A stretch of 64,000 bases of DNA, taken from positions 1,332 to 65,331 of the forward strand of contig JAIXOQ010000024.1 of the NCBI GenBank assembly GCA_027486675.1. The letters run 5' to 3'. The stretch is from Pseudomonadota bacterium (GTDB lineage Bacteria > Bdellovibrionota > UBA1018 > CAIMNF01). Position 1 is the first letter of the stretch. Each line of letters starts with the position of its first letter. The notes beneath the pieces are model-generated. The model worked only from the letters and a program-made list of their open reading frames with translations. It was not told the origin of the DNA and did not search any database. The position numbers and the translations under genes were made by a program. This document shows, piece by piece, positions 49,391 to 55,781 of this stretch.

Positions 49391-49738
49391 TTGATTTGTC
49401 TACTCGGGACCGCGTCTGCGTGTGGCCCGCAGCTTGAAAACTTTGTTACTGGGGATGAGGCTCGTTACGGGGTCACCGCTGAGGGGACCGCAGAATTTCA
49501 GGCGGCCTTAACGGTGCTCAATAACAACTGTGTCGCCTGTCATTCTGATTATGGTTCACTTTCTGAGGCCGAATGGATCGCTTCTGGAAAGGTGGTAGCA
49601 GGTAACCCTTCAGCATCCACGCTTTATCAGAATATTCGGGGCTCCGGGGTTGGGGCGCAGAACATGCCGCCTTCATCCACGATTGGACCAAGTGAACTCA
49701 GTGCAATATCTACTTGGATTACGAACGCTTCCCCTTAG
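49391..49738 (+). CDS. Small lipoprotein with a single CxxCH motif
   Basis: TTG start, lipobox TASAC. LNNNCVACHS at 49529-49543, followed by a downstream ..NMPP.. segment (a possible Met ligand). Confidence 0.5.
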   Translation: MICLLGTASACGPQLENFVTGDEARYGVTAEGTAEFQAALTVLNNNCVACHSDYGSLSEAEWIASGKVVAGNPSASTLYQNIRGSGVGAQNMPPSSTIGPSELSAISTWITNASP

Positions 49739-50676
49739 AGCCTGTAACTAAGACTCAAGCTCCAGCTCAAGTTTTCAGTCGTGCTGATGAATCCCATCCT
49801 GGGCGAGATTCCAAAACGATCTTTCTCAAAATAAGCTTCGATCTCAGCCCCAAAACGAAACCCGGACGCGTCTTTAAACTCGAACCCAGTTGGATTCGGC
49901 CAATTGGGCATGACGTAGAGGAGTGGAACAGTGAGGCCGACGCCACTCTTTTGTGACGGAAATAGGTAGCGCAGTGTCGGGGTGGTTCGAAGTGCAATCG
50001 TTTGAAGGCCAGAGGAATCAGGAACAGAGGACCCACTCGGGTCGGTGCTACTTGCTGAAACCTGGTTCGACGCGATCAATAGGCACCCGCCTAGGTCTAC
50101 GACTAAGCCCTTCTTTGAGATCGGCATTGTGTAGCCGCCGCCCGGGCAAAATCCGTTTTGAGCGGCTCGAAGATTAAATTGATTCGTCGTATTCGTCGAT
50201 TTCAGCGTCACATTCTGCTGCCAAGAAACCCAAGCGAGGGAAACATAGTAGGCACTCTTGACCGGGGTACGTGCAGCCTGTGCCTTGTACTCACTTGCTG
50301 CACTCCCTGTAGAGGTCGTGTCTGCCGTAGCCAAAGCAGCTGCGGTTTGATCGGCTGAAGGGGGAGGACTGAAGCGTTCCTGCTTCTTGTCTGCACTGAC
50401 CAAACAGCGGGTTTCCACTGCGTAGTTACTGCCTGAAAATGAAAGATAAGCGAAGGTTTCTTTTCCGGGCCAGAGGCGCCCACGCACGCGGTCACCTGTG
50501 ATCCAAGGTGGATTCACTCGCTTCCATTTTTGACTGACAAACTGCTGTACGGGACAGTCTGTGCTCTTTACGGTGAAAAAAGTGCTATCTATTGCAACTC
50601 CGGATGCGAATGTAGCACTCGCTTTCAGAATGATGAGCGCACTAAAGCCAAACGTGAATCTGTGTAAAAAGCGCAT
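49735..50676 (-). CDS. Predicted outer-membrane beta-barrel protein with N-terminal globular domain
   Basis: The internal ATG at 50676 gives the signal peptide MRFLHRFTFGFSALIILKASATFASG. A Ser/Thr/Ala linker is followed by an alternating beta-strand C-terminal half. The ORF-track start at 50880 would overlap the upstream gene by 239 nt. Confidence 0.45.
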   Translation of the reverse strand: MRFLHRFTFGFSALIILKASATFASGVAIDSTFFTVKSTDCPVQQFVSQKWKRVNPPWITGDRVRGRLWPGKETFAYLSFSGSNYAVETRCLVSADKKQERFSPPPSADQTAAALATADTTSTGSAASEYKAQAARTPVKSAYYVSLAWVSWQQNVTLKSTNTTNQFNLRAAQNGFCPGGGYTMPISKKGLVVDLGGCLLIASNQVSASSTDPSGSSVPDSSGLQTIALRTTPTLRYLFPSQKSGVGLTVPLLYVMPNWPNPTGFEFKDASGFRFGAEIEAYFEKDRFGISPRMGFISTTENLSWSLSLSYRL

Positions 50677-51805
50677 AATTGTCCTGCTCCAGCGAGTTTC
50701 CGCCAATAGTTCTTGTGCCTTGGAGATCTGTTCGAAGTTCCAAGCGTTGCATAGGAAAGTACTGTATCGACGGCCCTGCACGGTAGGAGCGTGATGCGAC
50801 TTCTCCAACGGCCCGGGTGTAGTATTCCAGCGTGAAGAGGAAATTGAGTCCTCGAATGATTTGTGTGGTCGACTGCGCAAAGTAATAAAGTCCAGTCTGT
50901 GCGGTCTGGGTGATTGGGTCTTCGCGTACAGTTCCGATCTGAGTTAAGAATGAATCCCCATCTCCGAAACCAAGTCGGGCATGGATAGCATTCATCTGCC
51001 GTGTCCTGAATTTTCCAGTCGTATAAAGGACCGAAGCTCCTGCACGGAGGTCCTTTGCAACATCATATTCCCCCATGACTGAAACACCCTCTTGCCTGAG
51101 GGCCGAGTCTTGAAAGAAGTTCCCCGCCAAGAGATGCACTGAGGCATCAAATTTCTTTTCGGCCCAGTGCACTAAAACTCCGTGAGACTGATCGTTCTGA
51201 TTGAGGCCCGTTTTGGCCCTCATGAAGGAGTTGTGATCAGGAAGACGCAAGCCAAAAGCGACATCGGTCATGCCGCCGTAGATGAAGAATTTCTTCCCTA
51301 AACGCCGTGCGATATAGTGTTCTCTAGAAATCCACGTTGAGATTTCTGAGGCTCGTGACGAAGTCTGAAGGGCTGCAGGGACCGGAATGTAGCCAGCAGT
51401 CAGCGAAGCCCACATTTTGTCGTCCTCTGTCTTAAGGACAACATTCGCTTCCGCTTGCATATGGATGAATCGATCGATGGAGTTTGCCTGTCCAACACCC
51501 GTGCGGTAGTCCATCCCGCGGTAATTCAAACTCGGTCTGATCCAGTAGGGGAGTTCCGCCTTTCCTAAAAAACCAGAGGATGCAGATAGTTCTTCGTCTG
51601 TTGCGTTAGGTAGGAAGAATGGTTTTGCCGCATAGACGGTGGCCGAAACCGCTCGCCCGTAATCTGTGAGTGGACCATTGCCCCAAGAGTTGTAGTGGCA
51701 AGTTAAGCAGGAGGTATAACCGTGAGATATTGCGTTTGGATAGGCCATGGCATCTTGCACAAAGACAAAGTACGCCAAAACCATGAGGGGAAGCAGAATG
51801 CGCAT
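50642..51805 (-). CDS. Predicted outer-membrane beta-barrel protein carrying an N-terminal CxxCH motif
   Basis: The ATG at 51805 gives the signal peptide MRILLPLMVLAYFVFVQDAMA. The mature N-terminus is YPNAISHGYTSCLTCHYNSWGNGPLTDYGR (CLTCH at 51695-51709). The remainder is beta-strand-rich, with an aromatic-rich C-terminus. Confidence 0.55.
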   Translation of the reverse strand: MRILLPLMVLAYFVFVQDAMAYPNAISHGYTSCLTCHYNSWGNGPLTDYGRAVSATVYAAKPFFLPNATDEELSASSGFLGKAELPYWIRPSLNYRGMDYRTGVGQANSIDRFIHMQAEANVVLKTEDDKMWASLTAGYIPVPAALQTSSRASEISTWISREHYIARRLGKKFFIYGGMTDVAFGLRLPDHNSFMRAKTGLNQNDQSHGVLVHWAEKKFDASVHLLAGNFFQDSALRQEGVSVMGEYDVAKDLRAGASVLYTTGKFRTRQMNAIHARLGFGDGDSFLTQIGTVREDPITQTAQTGLYYFAQSTTQIIRGLNFLFTLEYYTRAVGEVASRSYRAGPSIQYFPMQRLELRTDLQGTRTIGGNSLEQDNYALFTQIHVWL

Positions 51806-51931
51806 GTCTGTACCACTTAGTATGCGTGGAGTGGATCGTATTGTGGAGTGACGCTCTTGTGACGGCGGGAAACTGACGGCATTCACAAAACAGAAGAATT
51901 CTCCGAAAGGACAAAAGAAGGAGAGTGTCTT

Positions 51932-52864
51932 TTGATTTCAAAACGAATTCTAATCCCCCTGATCTTGTGCTTAAGCCTCTCAGGTTGCTTAGAAGGGAAT
52001 ACCGAAAACTCTGTGACGACTCCGGGCGATGACCCATGGTATTCATTTGCCGGTGGAGTGAAGGCGGTAAAAATTATTTTTGGAACAGGGGCTTCAGCGA
52101 GTTTTGACGCAGTCAGTGGCATTCCTACTAATGATTTGAGTGCAGTGCCTCCGGGTTACCCAGGCTATGACGCTGTCACTCTCCCCCAGTACCGAGCCGG
52201 CTACTCTTCGACACGTTTTTTTTCTGCCGATTCCGTAAGTACTGAAATTACGAAACCGAACTGGATCAAGGATTTTCAAATTTCTTTGTCGCCTACGACA
52301 ACAACCCCGTGCACGCAGTTGACCTCAGGCTACTACGAAGTCACTGAGCCCAACTGTGCCACGACCGGATCCATGAGCGGCACGGGATCCAGTTCTGACG
52401 AAGCGTTTTTCCGGCTTATTTTAGATCGAAATAGCGCAAAGATTGGGCTCAGGGAAAATCTCAATATTCAGTTTGATTATTCCGTCGCTGGATTAAGGAA
52501 CTATGCCTATGTCAGTCCTGGGCAGGCGATTACGACGCCCGATGATGCGTTAGACCAGGTCTGGAAGTCATTTTGGTCGCCAGGGCTCGCATCTTCGACG
52601 GTTGCAAGTCCACTGGGATATTTTGTGCCACCGATTTTAAGCGCCTGCGCAACCGGTTCTGCGGATTGTTCCATCGCGCGTCGGGGGAAAAGTATTTTTG
52701 TGCCGCTTGCAGCCCTTCCTACAGCAAAGGTCCTTCAGTTCTCAAGAACCGGAGGGAGAAGTACGGCTGGCTTCATCAGTGAGTGCGACAGCTCAACGCC
52801 CGCAAAAACAGGGTCCGATTGTGTGGGGATTAAAATTTACTCCATCACCTTGATGAGGCTCTAA
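51932..52864 (+). CDS. Lipoprotein, unknown function (paralog of 52868-53929)
   Basis: TTG start after an AAGGAG RBS, lipobox LSLSGC. Shares the blocks KPNWIKDFQISL, LDRNSAKIGLRENL, VPLAALPTAK and a terminal I-x-L-x-R-L with the next gene. Confidence 0.55.
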   Translation: MISKRILIPLILCLSLSGCLEGNTENSVTTPGDDPWYSFAGGVKAVKIIFGTGASASFDAVSGIPTNDLSAVPPGYPGYDAVTLPQYRAGYSSTRFFSADSVSTEITKPNWIKDFQISLSPTTTTPCTQLTSGYYEVTEPNCATTGSMSGTGSSSDEAFFRLILDRNSAKIGLRENLNIQFDYSVAGLRNYAYVSPGQAITTPDDALDQVWKSFWSPGLASSTVASPLGYFVPPILSACATGSADCSIARRGKSIFVPLAALPTAKVLQFSRTGGRSTAGFISECDSSTPAKTGSDCVGIKIYSITLMRL

Positions 52865-52867
52865 GGA

Positions 52868-53929
52868 ATGCTCAAACACTTAAGCCCATTCTGGCTCACG
52901 GTATTGATGGGATGCTCTGGGGCAACGCTCGAGAGCCTGACTTCTGCTGATCTGGGACAGGAGTTTACCGATGATCAGGCCGTACGCTTGGTGCTCAATC
53001 AGGAATCATTTAACAGCATCAGGAATTTTCCAACGGGTCAGACCGAGACGCTCTCTTGTTTAGGCGACGCAAGACTTTTCTACTCCGCCTCAGGTCCTGC
53101 GTTTGATGGAGAATATCTGCCGCTTAAAACTTTTGTGGATTCCGGAAGTTTAAGCAGAACGGCTCGGCCCGTGTGGCTTAAGAATGTTTCTCTCGATATG
53201 ACCTTCACCCATTTTGACGATGCTGAGGACGGTCAATTAGAAAGCGATGCTTGTTCGGATCGAGCCTACGTCACGCGAAAGCCCAGTGCTTGCGCTGAAT
53301 TCGATAACCCAAGCGGGATCACGAACAACCTTCCGACACTTCTGCCTGTTTCCAGTCCTACGCCCGCTCCATCACCGACTCCGGCGGCTTATGCCGCGTT
53401 TTCGCCGTCTGCGACCGGGTTCTATAGGACCAAGGATGGATATTGCGAAGGACAAGGACCGATTGAAAGCACAGGGATCCCGACAACAAAGACCTATGTA
53501 GGTGGGATCGATATTGATTTAGATCGCTCCCGCATTGGATCAAATGAGAATTTCTACTTTGCTTTGACCTACCATGCGATGGGGCCTGAGTATGGTGCTG
53601 CGGGGGCTGTTACTCCGTGGCCGGATACAGATTTATCGGTGGATGATGAGGCCATGATCAGAATTCGGCTGCTTTCTACAGGCCTGTCCGATTCCCTTTT
53701 GACCCGAGTTCTACAGCCCAGGTCCTTATTTAATTTCAATACTTCAAACACGACCGTGGTTTTTGAGGATCTCCACACCTTTCAGGATGAATTTAGAGGA
53801 GTGCGCACCGAAGGGTATTTGGTACCCCTTTCAGCATTTCCCACCGCTGACCGCATTCGTGTCGAACGAATAAGAGGCACGAGCTATCTCTATCAGCTGG
53901 ATCTCTATCGTTTGGGCGCACGCGAGTAG
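52868..53929 (+). CDS. Lipoprotein, unknown function (paralog of 51932-52864)
   Basis: Lipobox VLMGC. Has a Pro/Ser/Thr/Ala linker. Shares sequence blocks with the upstream gene (RPVWLKNVSLDM, LDRSRIGSNENF, VPLSAFPTAD, LDLYRL). Confidence 0.55.
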   Translation: MLKHLSPFWLTVLMGCSGATLESLTSADLGQEFTDDQAVRLVLNQESFNSIRNFPTGQTETLSCLGDARLFYSASGPAFDGEYLPLKTFVDSGSLSRTARPVWLKNVSLDMTFTHFDDAEDGQLESDACSDRAYVTRKPSACAEFDNPSGITNNLPTLLPVSSPTPAPSPTPAAYAAFSPSATGFYRTKDGYCEGQGPIESTGIPTTKTYVGGIDIDLDRSRIGSNENFYFALTYHAMGPEYGAAGAVTPWPDTDLSVDDEAMIRIRLLSTGLSDSLLTRVLQPRSLFNFNTSNTTVVFEDLHTFQDEFRGVRTEGYLVPLSAFPTADRIRVERIRGTSYLYQLDLYRLGARE

Positions 53930-53996
53930 AGCCGACCAAGCGTCAAGTCTTTGACGTCCTTGAGATCATCTTCAGTCTCCTTCCAAAACAGCCGAA

Positions 53997-55781
53997 ATGA
54001 AGCATGAGGAGATTCATCTTCTGAGGCGCATTTTGGCTACTATTCGAAAACTGAATTTGACTGCGACGAAAGTGTCCTTCCACTTGGGTCTGTTGATTCT
54101 TGTTTTTGCTATTGGCTGCAATAACTTTAAGGACTCACTCTCGAAACTTTCTGTTCCAAGATCGGATCTTACGAATGCGAGTTCAGATACATCTCAGTTT
54201 GTATTGGTTCAGGTGATTCCATCCCCGAGCGGTGTGAGCAGCTTAGATTTAATCGGACAAAATCAACAGTTTGAGACCTACTGCGCGTCCTCTTCTTGTT
54301 CCTGCAAGTTTCAATACACACAAACCAACGTTGGTCAGGTTGTCGTAGAAAGTCCGATCACCTACCAAGAGGCGGATCTGATCCGTTGCAGCAATCCTGT
54401 GCCTGCGGGCCTGGCTTCATTTCAAGTTCGGATCAGGAACTCTGACGACAGCGCAAAGTCCAACTGGATCACAGTCAGCATGAATAGCGGCACCTTTGGT
54501 GGGACGCAGCAGTTTTTAGACCTCACCTCAGTCGAAAGCTTTTCGCAGATCGAACGTTATCAGTGCCGTATCCGGCATGTCATCGGCCGATTTTTCAACT
54601 CAACACCCAATTTAGCTGCCTCAAGCGACGTGTACGATCCGATTCAATCTGAAGACCCGAATCTGATCTACCCGTTCAACTTTTTTACCGACAATACAGC
54701 TGATTCCATAATGCGCATTCAAAAGGGTGCGGACCCCAAGTGGGATTGTTCGATCACTGGAAATCTAAACGGCAATGCCTATCCCGTTTGGGCAAATCCT
54801 ATGGTTTTCTCAAACGCCACATGCACTGGATATAATTCGACCTGCACCAGCGAAGGTTGGCTGATGTATCCCACAGCCCAGCTCAGCTCCGGAACTTTGC
54901 AAAGTAGTGCAACTCTGACCACAGCTACAACGCGGGCTTCTTTTCAACTCGCTAAATCTTCCTATAGTGTTTTTGATCGTCCAGTTTATGGGATGAAGTA
55001 TCCGGTCACAGAGCTGGGTACTGGGGATCCCGCCACATCTCAATCGCCCACTCTTCGTTTAGGTTATGCCGCAGGGACCGTAGCCAGCGGAAATAGTTCT
55101 AGTTGCCCGACCAATATCACCCTGCCCGCAAATACCAGATGGGCGAAGTTATGGATGTATCGCGCAAGTTTTGCTCCTCCGCAATATGTAAAAAGTGTGC
55201 CGAGCGGGCAGAGTCAGGCGATCTGTTTTACGGGTGGAGCGAGCTACTATCCGGGGTGTGTGGTCGATGACGATAGATTAGACTTATTAACGGCTTTTGG
55301 GTCTACGCTTTCTCGTCGCGTGGTACTTGGCTCGGGCGGGGTTACCGCAAATGCGTGCTATAGCACTGGGATTGTAGCGCCAGACGTTTGGACTCGTAGC
55401 AGTGAGAACTTCGGTAACGCTGGCGCAAGTCTTCCCTGGAATATCGGACCCGGGGCAACAGTGTCTCCCGCAGACTCCTCCGTTGAAGTCAGTGCCGTGA
55501 ATGGAACTACGGATAACCCACAGGGGACCGACTACACCGACTATCTTTTTGTCGTGACACCCGAAAGCGTGAATGACAACGACATGCGAAACGGAAACAT
55601 TCCTGAGTACCGTCCGCAGACGTTCCGGAAACGGAGTGACTGTTCAGGCAATGATCCAAGTGATGCAAGTTGCACCGCTTTCTTTCAAAACTCAATCCAA
55701 TGGAACATTGATACCAGCGGGATCGGGGATACGGTGCCCAATCAATTTCCAGTGTGCGTGATTCAACGGGTGAATCCATGA
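53997..55781 (+). CDS. Large Cys-rich lipoprotein (paralog of 55778-58234)
   Basis: Lipobox FAIGC. The mature N-terminus CNNFKDSLSKLSVPRSD and the ETYCASSSCSCKFQY block parallel the next gene. Confidence 0.55.
   Translation: MKHEEIHLLRRILATIRKLNLTATKVSFHLGLLILVFAIGCNNFKDSLSKLSVPRSDLTNASSDTSQFVLVQVIPSPSGVSSLDLIGQNQQFETYCASSSCSCKFQYTQTNVGQVVVESPITYQEADLIRCSNPVPAGLASFQVRIRNSDDSAKSNWITVSMNSGTFGGTQQFLDLTSVESFSQIERYQCRIRHVIGRFFNSTPNLAASSDVYDPIQSEDPNLIYPFNFFTDNTADSIMRIQKGADPKWDCSITGNLNGNAYPVWANPMVFSNATCTGYNSTCTSEGWLMYPTAQLSSGTLQSSATLTTATTRASFQLAKSSYSVFDRPVYGMKYPVTELGTGDPATSQSPTLRLGYAAGTVASGNSSSCPTNITLPANTRWAKLWMYRASFAPPQYVKSVPSGQSQAICFTGGASYYPGCVVDDDRLDLLTAFGSTLSRRVVLGSGGVTANACYSTGIVAPDVWTRSSENFGNAGASLPWNIGPGATVSPADSSVEVSAVNGTTDNPQGTDYTDYLFVVTPESVNDNDMRNGNIPEYRPQTFRKRSDCSGNDPSDASCTAFFQNSIQWNIDTSGIGDTVPNQFPVCVIQRVNP

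Noticed and set aside
50677-50880. 68-codon N-terminal extension of the second barrel gene
   Set aside because: It would overlap the upstream gene by 239 nt and has no signal peptide. The ATG at 50676 yields a proper signal peptide.
51606-52046. 146-aa minus-strand ORF spanning the divergent region between the barrel operon and the lipoprotein operon
   Set aside because: It overlaps the well-supported N-termini of both flanking genes, in an alternative frame of the minus-strand barrel gene and antisense to the plus-strand lipoprotein gene. It has no motifs and a Ser/Arg/Leu-rich composition.
53941-53956. Hairpin CGTCAA-GTCT-TTGACG between the second and third lipoprotein genes
   Set aside because: It has a 6-bp stem and no U-tract, so it is too weak to call a terminator. 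It is more likely incidental, or at most a minor RNA-processing or attenuation site within the operon.
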